From a virus, in IMG/VR virus record IMGVR_UViG_3300027816_000069, positions 1-64,000 of that record: a DNA stretch of 64,000 bases, one strand, 5' to 3'. How positions within the stretch are numbered: position 1 is the first letter of the stretch; each line of letters starts with the position of its first letter. Position numbers and translations under genes: made by a program. Below, piece after piece: positions 31,827 to 40,592 of this stretch. The notes under the pieces are model-generated. The model made no database searches. It had not been told where the DNA came from and saw only the letters and a list, made by a program, of their open reading frames with translations.

Positions 31827-31962
31827 CTTGTTTTTGTAATAAATCCTCTATAGAAATAGAACTATCAGCAGCATTAGCTTCTTCTAGAACGTCGTTATCT
31901 AATTTGGCTATTACTTTCAAAGTAGAGTCTACAAAAACTGGCTGATTTTCTGAAGTATTCAT
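31807..31962 (-). CDS. small acidic hypothetical protein (51 aa)
   Basis: Hand-translated MNTSENQPVFVDSTLKVIAKLD...; below ORF-track cutoff. Confidence 0.5.
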   Translation of the reverse strand: MNTSENQPVFVDSTLKVIAKLDNDVLEEANAADSSISIEDLLQKQDDKQKE

Positions 31963-32061
31963 ATTTTAACCCATATATTTAATATTGTGGCCTACCTATA
32001 CTCTATAGTAGTTAATAATTACACTATACAAACATATAAAATGATATTATTTTTTCTGTCC

Positions 32062-32089
32062 TTGCCTTGATCGAATTGTGGTCTATAAT
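32062..32089 (+). promoter_or_regulatory. sigma70-type promoter
   Basis: TTGCCT-N16-TATAAT upstream of 32129 ORF. Confidence 0.55.
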
Positions 32090-32128
32090 ATAAATGTGTT
32101 GATTTTGAACTTTAACAAGGAATTACTT

Positions 32129-32338
32129 ATGAGCAGAACATATAAAAAGTGGAATCAGAGCGATCTTCAATTTATTATGGACAATCAAAATATGCTAGAT
32201 AAAGATGTGGCCTCTAAGCTGAGCGAACTGAGCGGATCGCTAGTTACTCCCAGCATGGTTAGGCGTCAACGACGCAAGAGTGGAATCTCTAAGAAAAGAG
32301 GTCGCCCAAGCAAACAGGTATTATCTGTGCAACCATAA
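32129..32338 (+). CDS. small HTH-like DNA-binding protein
   Basis: MSRTYKKW...DVASKLS...VRRQRRKSGISKKRGRP; AAGGA RBS. Confidence 0.6.
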   Translation: MSRTYKKWNQSDLQFIMDNQNMLDKDVASKLSELSGSLVTPSMVRRQRRKSGISKKRGRPSKQVLSVQP

Positions 32339-32363
32339 TTTAAAACCAAAGGAACAGCTAATG

Positions 32364-32401
32364 ATAAGCTACTATAAGAAATTGTAGTAGCTTATTTTTT
32401 T
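32364..32401 (+). terminator. hairpin plus T-tract
   Basis: ATAAGCTACTATAA/TTGTAGTAGCTTAT followed by T run. Confidence 0.6.
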
Positions 32402-33664
32402 ATGAATAGTATATTTGTACAAATAGCCAGTTATCGAGATAAAGAATTATTGCCTACCTTAAGGGACTTGTTCTCTAAAAGCAGTGGAGAAAATCATATC
32501 ACTGTGGGGCTGGTGTGGCAAAAAGATGATACTGAAACCATAGAAGAATTCAGTAATGATAGTCGTGTAAGAATCATTAGTTGTGATTGGGCAGAAAGTA
32601 AAGGATTAGGGTGGGCTCGTAGTTTAACTCAAAGTTTATATCAAGATGAAGACTTTACACTACAGCTAGATAGTCACCATAGATTCATACCCAATTGGGA
32701 TAAACTGTTAATAGAATGCTATAATTCTTTATTAGGCCAATCGTCCAAACCGTTTTTGACCTCGTATGCTGCTGGTTATGATCCAAATAATGACCAACAC
32801 TTATTACAATATGCTTGTAAGGTTTTGCCCATAGACTTTAAAAGTAGTGGCACCATTTGGTTTAATCCTGTAAGATTAGATGCTTCTGAAACTAACAGAC
32901 CCATCAGAGCACGATTAGTTAGTGGCCATTACTTTTTTACTGGTGGATCTCATTGTAAGGAGTATCTTTATGATCCTGATCTATATTTTGCAGGAGATGA
33001 GATATGTTTGAGTGCTAGAAGTTACACACTGGGCTATGATTTGTATCATCCTAATGTGAATTTTGTGTGGCATCATTATGGGAGATATGATAGAAATAAA
33101 CATTGGGGCGATCATACTGATAGTGTTAAAAATAAAGGAGTGGTGGAAAAAACGTGGAATGAGCGTGATGATTATAGCAAGCGTAGAATTAGACAGCTGC
33201 TGGGGGAGGAAGACTATGGTATAGATTTGGGAAAATATGGGTTAGGTAATGTGAGAACATTAAAAGATTATGAAACTTATTGTGGCTTTGATTTTAAGAA
33301 CAGAAGAATACACAAATGTGCTATTAGGGGGCTTGAGCCACCAATAACTTTTAGTGATCCTGTAACATACTCTAATGAATTTAAAAAATATATTAATGTC
33401 AATATTACTAGTTTAAATAAAGAAAAGTTTCTAGAATATTCATCTCGTATTTCTTCTATGAGCATAGAATTTTTTAATTTGCAAAGAAATATGATTCATA
33501 CTCAGCATATTAATCCTGTGAATTTTTTACAACAAAATACTTTTAGTACCATAGTGGTTAGCGATAACGAACCTATGAGATATCGCATTACCGCTATGGA
33601 CAAAATGCTAAATACTATTTATAGTTATGAAAATGATATGAGACCTAATATACACTGGAATTAG
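32402..33664 (+). CDS. GT60-like polypeptide GlcNAc-transferase
   Basis: IFVQIASYRD, GLGWAR, LQLDSHHRF, YFAGDEI, WHHY motifs typical of the GT60/PF11397 family. Confidence 0.8.
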   Translation: MNSIFVQIASYRDKELLPTLRDLFSKSSGENHITVGLVWQKDDTETIEEFSNDSRVRIISCDWAESKGLGWARSLTQSLYQDEDFTLQLDSHHRFIPNWDKLLIECYNSLLGQSSKPFLTSYAAGYDPNNDQHLLQYACKVLPIDFKSSGTIWFNPVRLDASETNRPIRARLVSGHYFFTGGSHCKEYLYDPDLYFAGDEICLSARSYTLGYDLYHPNVNFVWHHYGRYDRNKHWGDHTDSVKNKGVVEKTWNERDDYSKRRIRQLLGEEDYGIDLGKYGLGNVRTLKDYETYCGFDFKNRRIHKCAIRGLEPPITFSDPVTYSNEFKKYINVNITSLNKEKFLEYSSRISSMSIEFFNLQRNMIHTQHINPVNFLQQNTFSTIVVSDNEPMRYRITAMDKMLNTIYSYENDMRPNIHWN

Positions 33665-34407
33665 GTTGCTTCTGAAAAACATATTGCTAAAAATCCATGA
33701 CAACATGCTCCAAAACTATCCACAGCACCCAACATGAATCCTGATTGAGAGGCGTTCAATATCGTAGAAGTATTAATGTATCCAGGCTGTTTGCAAGATC
33801 CAAATACAACACCATCGATTGATATACTATCATCAAACTGGCCTATAATATTTACGTTTGTAGATGATGTTAATAATGATGATGGTTTTGGTATAAAAAT
33901 TTCTGTTGCAATAGTATTGCATCCATACCAGCCAATGAAACTATTCCAACAATTACTACTTATATATGGAACATTACCTGTTGTCCATACTGGATGTTCA
34001 TATTTTGCATATATACAATTTTCACAATTTTCTATCCAAACAGACTCCCCACTAAGACTAGTACAAGTTCCAAAATATGGATCACATTCACTACAATCGT
34101 CTACTATTCTAATAGATTGACATTCTGGAGGATAACCAGGATAGGTTTGATATGTATATCCTGATGGACAGGTGATAGTTCCAGGACCAAAGAAATCAAT
34201 TGGAATCAGTTCTTCACAGAGCAGATAATTTAGACCACTGTTGCATGCTGCTTCAGAAGTTATATTAGGATTTAATACTCCTCCTATAAAACAACATCCA
34301 GAAGAACCAATATCTGGACAAGGTTCTAATGAACAAGTTTGTTGAGATAATAGATTATTATAATTTAATCTTTTAGTGTTTAAAATATTTGGTATATATA
34401 TTGCCAT
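33661..34407 (-). CDS. Cys-rich hypothetical (possible virion appendage)
   Basis: 248 aa with ~20 Cys. Confidence 0.6.
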   Translation of the reverse strand: MAIYIPNILNTKRLNYNNLLSQQTCSLEPCPDIGSSGCCFIGGVLNPNITSEAACNSGLNYLLCEELIPIDFFGPGTITCPSGYTYQTYPGYPPECQSIRIVDDCSECDPYFGTCTSLSGESVWIENCENCIYAKYEHPVWTTGNVPYISSNCWNSFIGWYGCNTIATEIFIPKPSSLLTSSTNVNIIGQFDDSISIDGVVFGSCKQPGYINTSTILNASQSGFMLGAVDSFGACCHGFLAICFSEAT

Positions 34408-34421
34408 AATTATTTTGAATG

Positions 34422-36101
34422 CTATTTGGGGAAACTGTTACTATAAATTGATTGTTGAAATTGTGCATCTGTATTCTCAATAATATTAACTATAAAAATT
34501 TGTTTACTTTTGTTGATTTCTGGTTTAGGATAGCCATTGTTCTGTAAAACTATCGAATTGTCATTATTTTTTTCCACATTAATTTTATACTTAAATTGCA
34601 AAATAATATTATTGGTATCACCCAAAAATATAGATTTTGGAAAATCATTACTATATTCATACTGAGATAATGTAAATGCTCTATTATCATTATCTGTTTC
34701 AGTAGTTTCATTAGTCTCAGGATTAACCGTAAATGTTGTAAATGCTCTTTTGATACCTGTAACTTTTATGCTTGTTTTACAATTACCACCATCTAAAATA
34801 TCCGATGCTTTTTTTAAGGCTTTACCCTCGTTAGAATTTACGCCATAGAGCGACAGCATAAGCTCAATTTCTTTTTTTAAGTTATTTCCTCTGTTTAAAT
34901 AATGTATTCTGTCCTTAATGCATTTGTTAAAAGCTGCATTTAATGGTTTTTCATATAGGTTAACATTATCTAAATTTGGTATTGTGGTTGAGTCATAAGT
35001 GTATCTTTTTATGAGACCGTTGTTTAAGCCTGGAGATCCATCGTATGGTCCTAATATAACGGTTGTTGTATCAACTTGATTATTGTCTTCTCGATGATCA
35101 ATACTCCACACCGCATTAGCTGCTGATACAGAATGGCCCTCTATTCTTATTCTTTCCCACGCATTTGGAATATCTGATTGGGCAGTAACGTGCAAATATT
35201 GTTTATTATTAGGTCCCCACGGTCTTTTTTCACTACTAGCTATTCTTATTGGATCATCAGCATCTTCCATAAAATCAAATATATCTGAATATATAAAATC
35301 CCACTTAGTATAATAATTAGCGTCTCTATCATTTACTCTGACTCTATTATCTTCTAGTTTAGCAGTATTATTAGCATCAATACCATAGAGTCTATATTCT
35401 CGTGTGTTGGGTATGGGTTTGCTTTGTGCTTCTGGTAATTTGTTATTTAATTTTTGATCTTTTAATACTGATTTTGCTTTTATGGTAACAATATCATTAG
35501 ATGTTAATTTTTTAGGTTTTTTAACAAATAATATTTGACTAAATGGGGAGCCATCTGGTCTAATAAATGCTGGTACTTCAATAATAGCATTCTGACCACC
35601 ACAACTAATTGTTAATTCAATATTAGCAGTTACTGGATAGTATATTAAAAAGTCTTGTTGTAGATTGTTACTAAAATTGATATATACGTGTGGTTTCTTT
35701 GCGGGATTTACTTGATTGAAAAAATCTCTCTGAGGAACTGTTCCATTCGATTGTAAAGACCATCTTATATTATAATAAAATAAACTATTAGAATTATAGT
35801 ATGTATGCAGACCATTAATAGTATTTAGTCCTTTTAGACCTAAAGAATCTAAAGAATCGCCAGGAACTGCACCAGGCACATCCTTTAGAATAATATCAAA
35901 AAATTTGAAATTATCTTTATCGTTTTTATACAGATCAGACGTAAATTTATATTCTGATGTTGGTCCCAAATCATTTATGGAAAATCCTTTAAATCCTAAT
36001 CCATTTGATTCATATAGTGACGTGATATATGGTGAAAGATTAGCATATGGGGCTGATAAACTTAAGCCCGGAGTATTATTTAGTAGAATAATATCTGGCA
36101 T
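34422..36101 (-). CDS. hypothetical protein
   Basis: 559-aa ORF. Confidence 0.65.
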   Translation of the reverse strand: MPDIILLNNTPGLSLSAPYANLSPYITSLYESNGLGFKGFSINDLGPTSEYKFTSDLYKNDKDNFKFFDIILKDVPGAVPGDSLDSLGLKGLNTINGLHTYYNSNSLFYYNIRWSLQSNGTVPQRDFFNQVNPAKKPHVYINFSNNLQQDFLIYYPVTANIELTISCGGQNAIIEVPAFIRPDGSPFSQILFVKKPKKLTSNDIVTIKAKSVLKDQKLNNKLPEAQSKPIPNTREYRLYGIDANNTAKLEDNRVRVNDRDANYYTKWDFIYSDIFDFMEDADDPIRIASSEKRPWGPNNKQYLHVTAQSDIPNAWERIRIEGHSVSAANAVWSIDHREDNNQVDTTTVILGPYDGSPGLNNGLIKRYTYDSTTIPNLDNVNLYEKPLNAAFNKCIKDRIHYLNRGNNLKKEIELMLSLYGVNSNEGKALKKASDILDGGNCKTSIKVTGIKRAFTTFTVNPETNETTETDNDNRAFTLSQYEYSNDFPKSIFLGDTNNIILQFKYKINVEKNNDNSIVLQNNGYPKPEINKSKQIFIVNIIENTDAQFQQSIYSNSFPK

Positions 36102-36103
36102 AA

Positions 36104-36232
36104 TTATCTACCATATATGATATAAGATGGAGCGATAACTAGCTGTGGTTTATTGGGAACCAAAACTTTGGTAGTGGTGGCATTATTAATCTTAGTATTA
36201 TTTGATGTTTTAATTAGTTTGCTATTAAACAT
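36104..36232 (-). CDS. small hypothetical protein (42 aa)
   Basis: Hand-translated MFNSKLIKTSNNTK...IIYGR, between a late motif and the 36101 gene. Confidence 0.4.
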   Translation of the reverse strand: MFNSKLIKTSNNTKINNATTTKVLVPNKPQLVIAPSYIIYGR

Positions 36233-36272
36233 TATGATCATAAGAGCCTTTCAATAAAAGAATGTATCTGAT

Positions 36273-36280
36273 TATACACC
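36273..36280 (-). promoter_or_regulatory. putative late promoter motif GGTGTATA
   Basis: Upstream of the first minus-strand genes. Confidence 0.55.
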
Positions 36281-36480
36281 ACAACTGGACGCTATGAAAC
36301 TCTGATTCTGTATAAAAATTATTTTGATAAAAAAAGAAAAGGATGGTGGATTGTGGCTGATAAACTGGCCAATTATTTGGTGAGGGTGCTTATTTTTTTT
36401 AGACCACCGCCACCTTTTTGGATATCCCCCTTCATTGTGGGGGAAATGAAAAAACCCCCCGTTGGTAGGGAAAGCATCTA

Positions 36481-36496
36481 TGCAAAATCTGTGCCA
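36481..36496 (-). promoter_or_regulatory. sigma54-type -24/-12 site
   Basis: Minus strand TGGCAC-AGATT-TTGCA. Confidence 0.55.
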
Positions 36497-36540
36497 AATG
36501 CTCGAGAAAAATTCCAGAAAGATTCTCTGATTTTTTTTTC

Positions 36541-36598
36541 TTGCAATTGCCGATAACTAAGGTAGAATCAGGGAAACGAAAGGGAAAGAAAATGCAAA
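36541..36598 (+). repeat. 58-bp promoter-RBS-start module, copy 1
   Basis: TTGCAA-N16-TAGAAT...ATGCAAA; 2 mismatches to 36922-36979. Confidence 0.9.
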
Positions 36599-36846
36599 AC
36601 TGGACTCCTATCAACAAACAACTTCCCCCCGTGGCAGAATGTCGCAAAGAATACTATGTTACTATTCTTAGCCATGAAGGGCGTCGATGCGTAAAGGAAG
36701 GTACATATTGTTATAAAAACTACAATCATCCTTCCGATAACTGGCAGTTTCATTCTTATGATGGAGAAGAATGCGATATAGAAGATTATGGTACAATCAT
36801 AGCATGGATGCCAGTACCAGAAACACCCGCACCATTTCAAGGCTAA
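36592..36846 (+). CDS. DUF551-like small protein
   Basis: WTPINKQLPP...IIAWMPVPETP signature. Confidence 0.65.
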   Translation: MQNWTPINKQLPPVAECRKEYYVTILSHEGRRCVKEGTYCYKNYNHPSDNWQFHSYDGEECDIEDYGTIIAWMPVPETPAPFQG

Positions 36847-36855
36847 GTATTTGTT

Positions 36856-36889
36856 TGGCACAGTTTTTGCATATGCAACTATCATGCCA
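36856..36889. promoter_or_regulatory. face-to-face pair of sigma54-type sites
   Basis: Plus TGGCAC-AGTTT-TTGCA (36856-71); minus TGGCAT-GATAG-TTGCA (36874-89). Confidence 0.55.
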
Positions 36890-36921
36890 AACCAAAATAT
36901 TTTTCCTCTAATTTTTTCCGT

Positions 36922-36979
36922 TTGCAATTGTCGATAACTAAGGTAGAATCAGGGAAACGAAAGGGAAATAAAATGCAAA
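36922..36979 (+). repeat. 58-bp promoter-RBS-start module, copy 2
   Basis: Near-identical to 36541-36598. Confidence 0.9.
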
Positions 36980-37203
36980 TGACAATCAAGCCGGTTAAGG
37001 GTATGTATTTCTCTGCTATTCGCAATCGTGACGATAAGGTTTTCGTCGGGACTATTGTCAACGTCAAGTCTATGGGCATGAAGGGTAAGATGATTACCGT
37101 TCTTACCGGCCATGCAAAGTATGCAAACGTCTATCTAGACGAGTGCTACGATTACGCTTGGAGCGACTTTCCCCTTCCTCCCCTCCCCGGCCGGGGGGAG
37201 TGA
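36973..37203 (+). CDS. hypothetical early protein
   Basis: ATG within duplicated module. Confidence 0.7.
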   Translation: MQMTIKPVKGMYFSAIRNRDDKVFVGTIVNVKSMGMKGKMITVLTGHAKYANVYLDECYDYAWSDFPLPPLPGRGE

Positions 37204-37275
37204 ACGGGTATAGACGGGCCGTTATCGGGGTACTTTGAATCCTCCCCCATAGTGGGGGCTAACCTAGGAAAAATC

Positions 37276-37476
37276 ATGAGCGTATCAGAAATGATCGTGC
37301 GACTGCAATCGGAAGGTATGATCGTGTCGCGTATTCCGAATGATAGTCGGACATTACACGTTGACGGCTATCATCCCCCCCATGCGAAGGGGTTGCCCGA
37401 TTGGATTTATGGATGCCCCGGATGGGGGGTATCGTCCTGCGGATTCGCTCGCGTGTTTATATTCAAGGTGGGTTGA
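37276..37476 (+). CDS. hypothetical early protein
   Basis: AGGA RBS, MSVSEM... Confidence 0.55.
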   Translation: MSVSEMIVRLQSEGMIVSRIPNDSRTLHVDGYHPPHAKGLPDWIYGCPGWGVSSCGFARVFIFKVG

Positions 37477-37541
37477 CCCCCTACTAGGGGGGTTGATTGT
37501 AGTCGGAACTTTGCTAGAATCTTTTGAACAGGAGAAACAAC

Positions 37542-37913
37542 ATGGCTAAGTATGCTATCATCGAAAACGCAAAGCGTACCGTTCGCATGGCCTTCAAGGG
37601 TATCGCTATCCCTCACCTTGTGAAGATTTCCGATAGTCAGGTGGTGGAGGGTGTCGAATATGTTTACGGCGTCAACGATCACGACCGCTATCTTGTGACC
37701 GAAAAGGTTATCAAGTTCAACCGCTCGGCTCTGCGGAATACCAGCAAAAGCAAGGCTGACAAGGTTAACCCCCGCGTGTTAGGGGATGACGACTCCATGA
37801 TCGTGAAGGTGGGCAAGCCGGGTAGTCGGGAGCGTGTAGAGGCTTTGGCATCCCAGTATGCTGCCGTCGAGGCGACCGGCGAGGAACTCTCCCCCTTTGG
37901 GTGGGATAAGTGA
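37542..37913 (+). CDS. hypothetical early protein
   Basis: AGGAG RBS, MAKYAII... Confidence 0.75.
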   Translation: MAKYAIIENAKRTVRMAFKGIAIPHLVKISDSQVVEGVEYVYGVNDHDRYLVTEKVIKFNRSALRNTSKSKADKVNPRVLGDDDSMIVKVGKPGSRERVEALASQYAAVEATGEELSPFGWDK

Positions 37914-37944
37914 ACACCGGTATACCCCCACTACGGTAGGGGAA

Positions 37945-37988
37945 CTGCCAAAATGGCAGGCCGGCCGGCCCATCTGCCAAAATGGCAG
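37945..37988. repeat. 44-bp double-palindrome element 1
   Basis: CTGCCAAAATGGCAG-N14-CTGCCAAAATGGCAG. Confidence 0.95.
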
Positions 37989-37991
37989 TCG

Positions 37992-38007
37992 AGCAAACCG
38001 TGTGCCA
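37992..38007 (-). promoter_or_regulatory. sigma54-type -24/-12 site
   Basis: Minus strand TGGCAC-ACGGT-TTGCT. Confidence 0.55.
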
Positions 38008-38092
38008 AATAAAAATATTTTTTCCGTTGATTTTTTTTGATTGACAAGCCGATAATTCTGGTATAATCAAGGCATCACAAGGGAGAAAAGTT

Positions 38093-38287
38093 ATGCTTCA
38101 CGATTTTGATGATGTGAATCGGATTCTGGCTGAGATGACGAGCGAGAACATGATCGAACCCATCGACGAGAGCGATTGTCACCCGATGGACTGGGCCGAA
38201 GTGACCGGGGTGCTGGACGATGTGCAGGATGAAATTTATCCCGAGCCCATGCTTGACGAAAACGGTGTTCTGTGGTATGTTAGTTGA
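38093..38287 (+). CDS. small acidic protein
   Basis: GGGAG RBS after promoter at 38041. Confidence 0.7.
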   Translation: MLHDFDDVNRILAEMTSENMIEPIDESDCHPMDWAEVTGVLDDVQDEIYPEPMLDENGVLWYVS

Positions 38288-38300
38288 AAAGGAAAAAATA

Positions 38301-38552
38301 ATGAGCAAAGGTCATGATGAATTGGCCGAATATCTTTACAATAATAAAGAGGATACTGATATGTACTATCATGATGACACTACCGACCCTAACTATGATG
38401 ATCATGAGGATTTTTACAGTGATTCATTTGATGATGATATGGATGGCGATGTGGAAACTGGCCTCGCTTCCGCCGGATGGGGAACCGATGAGGACTACGG
38501 GTATTATGGTGATGATACCCCGATGAGCGACGATTACTATGGTGGAGAATAA
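38301..38552 (+). CDS. extremely acidic protein
   Basis: Asp/Tyr-rich, LASAGWGTDEDYG motif. Confidence 0.7.
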   Translation: MSKGHDELAEYLYNNKEDTDMYYHDDTTDPNYDDHEDFYSDSFDDDMDGDVETGLASAGWGTDEDYGYYGDDTPMSDDYYGGE

Positions 38553-38619
38553 TAACATGCCAAAGATTAGTGTTAAGGATTGGATTAAGTCTTATATGTC
38601 ACAACCAGAGGAAAAGAAA

Positions 38620-38853
38620 ATGATGAACGTTATCGTAACTCACACGGATACTTTTGGTGGAGAGGCTAATTATGGATGGGTGAAGCGTCACGAGTTTACT
38701 ATTCACAAGCATGCGTCACAGCGTAATATTACTCGAAAGGTTAAGGCTTTGGCCGGAATGACCGGTGTTAAGAGTGATACGTTTGATTATGATGTTGGTC
38801 TTACTATTAAGCCTAGGGGTTATAATCAAGTTATTTTCGTAGATTTTGAATAG
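38620..38853 (+). CDS. hypothetical early protein
   Basis: TDTFGGEANYGWV; GAGG RBS. Confidence 0.7.
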   Translation: MMNVIVTHTDTFGGEANYGWVKRHEFTIHKHASQRNITRKVKALAGMTGVKSDTFDYDVGLTIKPRGYNQVIFVDFE

Positions 38854-38865
38854 GAGGAACCCGAT

Positions 38866-38909
38866 CTGCCAAAATGGCAGGCGGGCCGGCCGATCTGCCA
38901 AAATGACAC
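38866..38909. repeat. 44-bp double-palindrome element 2
   Basis: Same layout, second arm CTGCCAAAATGACAC. Confidence 0.9.
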
Positions 38910-38980
38910 CCTAATTTTTTCTCTTGACTATTCAAGTTCGGCCTGTAGAATACCGATAACACTAGTAGGAGAAAAAGAAA

Positions 38981-39205
38981 ATGGTTGACGGATACCAGAA
39001 AATCTATAAGTTTGACAATGGTTTTGGGGCCAGTGTGGTTTCTCATAGTGGCTCATATGGAGGAAAAGAGGGTTTGTTTGAGATTGCTATTCTTGATAAG
39101 AATGATCAAATTAGTTATGATACCTTTATTACTGGTGATGTAATTGGATGGCTTGATTTTGCTGGCGTGGCCGATATTCTGGAAAGAATTAAGAATCTTG
39201 CTTGA
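38981..39205 (+). CDS. phage hypothetical protein
   Basis: YKFDNGFGASVV...GLFEIAIL; AGGAG RBS. Confidence 0.75.
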   Translation: MVDGYQKIYKFDNGFGASVVSHSGSYGGKEGLFEIAILDKNDQISYDTFITGDVIGWLDFAGVADILERIKNLA

Positions 39206-39257
39206 CAAGTGTCGATAAGTAGAGTAGACTTACACTATACCACTAAGGGAAAAGACA

Positions 39258-39575
39258 ATGAATCACGCCGAAGCAATTAAGATGGTTCGTGGCAAGAGGA
39301 ACGCTGATCGTCGCAAGGTTGGCAACAATACCTATGCTGAAATTCTGCCGAATGGTAGTGTGGGAATTATGCTTCACAGTACCTATGTTGTACAGATTCA
39401 TCCTGACAATACCTACACCCTCAATAGTGGGGGCTGGCAAACGCTAACCACTAAGGATAGAATTAACCAGTATAGCCCGCGTCGAGTGTACCAGCGGAAT
39501 TTTGAATGGTTCGTGAAGATTAACGATAAGGAATATCCTTTTATGGATGGGATGGTGGTGGGTTGTCCCACCTAA
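39258..39575 (+). CDS. phage hypothetical protein
   Basis: GGWQTLTTKDRIN; own promoter at 39202. Confidence 0.75.
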   Translation: MNHAEAIKMVRGKRNADRRKVGNNTYAEILPNGSVGIMLHSTYVVQIHPDNTYTLNSGGWQTLTTKDRINQYSPRRVYQRNFEWFVKINDKEYPFMDGMVVGCPT

Positions 39576-39610
39576 CCCTTCGGGTTCGGCTGGGGTGGCT
39601 GTAGTCAGCC
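39564..39610 (+). repeat. 47-bp motif copy 1
   Basis: TGT...GTAGTCAGC, gapless alignment to five other copies. Confidence 0.75.
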
Positions 39611-39892
39611 AAAAATACTAAAGTTTGAAACGTTGACAAGCCGATAGATAAAGGTAGAATGGTGCAGAAATGGAGGTTGTTATGGGTCATCTTGCTGGGC
39701 TTTTGATCTTGGTCATTTTTTGTGGGTTTATTGTGGGTATTATTGGGGTGGCTGCTGATCTTAATGATTGAATAAATAAAAGGAATTCAAGGATGAATTT
39801 TGACCCCTATAATTTTGTGTGTGGTTTTATTGTAGCCTTATTGTTGTGCTATAGTGTGGCCGATCTGGTTTTTTCCACTAAGGATAATAGTA

Positions 39893-40180
39893 ATGAAATT
39901 GACGACTAAGGAAATCGTTTTTCTTGCTTGCGTGTTTGTGGTTGGTTGTTTTTGTGCTTTTTATGCTAATACCAGCATTAAGCATGATACTCCCGCAGAG
40001 TTTTTGAACGAAAAGCCAATGGAGCCGCCGAAGGTAGAATTTGAACAGGAACCTAGTGGGGTTTCATATAATGATCCCGAATTGAAAATTGTTGAAGTTA
40101 TGTATACTAGTGAACAGGAAGGAATTCATACTGTTAAGGTGGCCTCATGCCGAGGATGTCACTGGAAATGCTGCCAATAA
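39893..40180 (+). CDS. membrane-anchored hypothetical protein
   Basis: Hydrophobic N-terminus; AAGGA RBS. Confidence 0.55.
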   Translation: MKLTTKEIVFLACVFVVGCFCAFYANTSIKHDTPAEFLNEKPMEPPKVEFEQEPSGVSYNDPELKIVEVMYTSEQEGIHTVKVASCRGCHWKCCQ

Positions 40181-40214
40181 GGCAGCTCGGCCGGCCAACA
40201 TGCCAAAATGGCAG
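40171..40214. repeat. 44-bp double-palindrome element 3
   Basis: CTGCCAATAAGGCAG-N14-ATGCCAAAATGGCAG. Confidence 0.9.
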
Positions 40215-40290
40215 TCAAAAAAATTTTTAAGTATTGCTTGACAACTGCCGATATCTAGTGTAGAATCAGCAAACACGAAAGGAAAAGAAC

Positions 40291-40530
40291 ATGACCTACA
40301 ACGGCTTCAAGAATTACGAAACGTGGAATGTTGTGCTGTGGATCAATAACGATGAGGGTCTGTATAATCTGGCTCGCCAGTGCGTATCCTATGATGAGTT
40401 TGTGGATTGTATGAAAGATTTGGGTGGTGAGATTGGATATCAAACGCCCGATGGTGTGGCTTGGAATGATTCTGGCATCGACCGTGAAAGCGTGAATCGG
40501 GATTGGGTTCAGGATTTTGTTGAAGTGTAG
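40291..40530 (+). CDS. phage hypothetical protein
   Basis: YNGFKNYETWNVVLWINNDE; promoter at 40238. Confidence 0.75.
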   Translation: MTYNGFKNYETWNVVLWINNDEGLYNLARQCVSYDEFVDCMKDLGGEIGYQTPDGVAWNDSGIDRESVNRDWVQDFVEV

Positions 40531-40592
40531 GCTTGACTTTTGACGATCATGGGTTAGACTATGGAAAAGGTTTTTCAAAACGAAAGGGTTTC

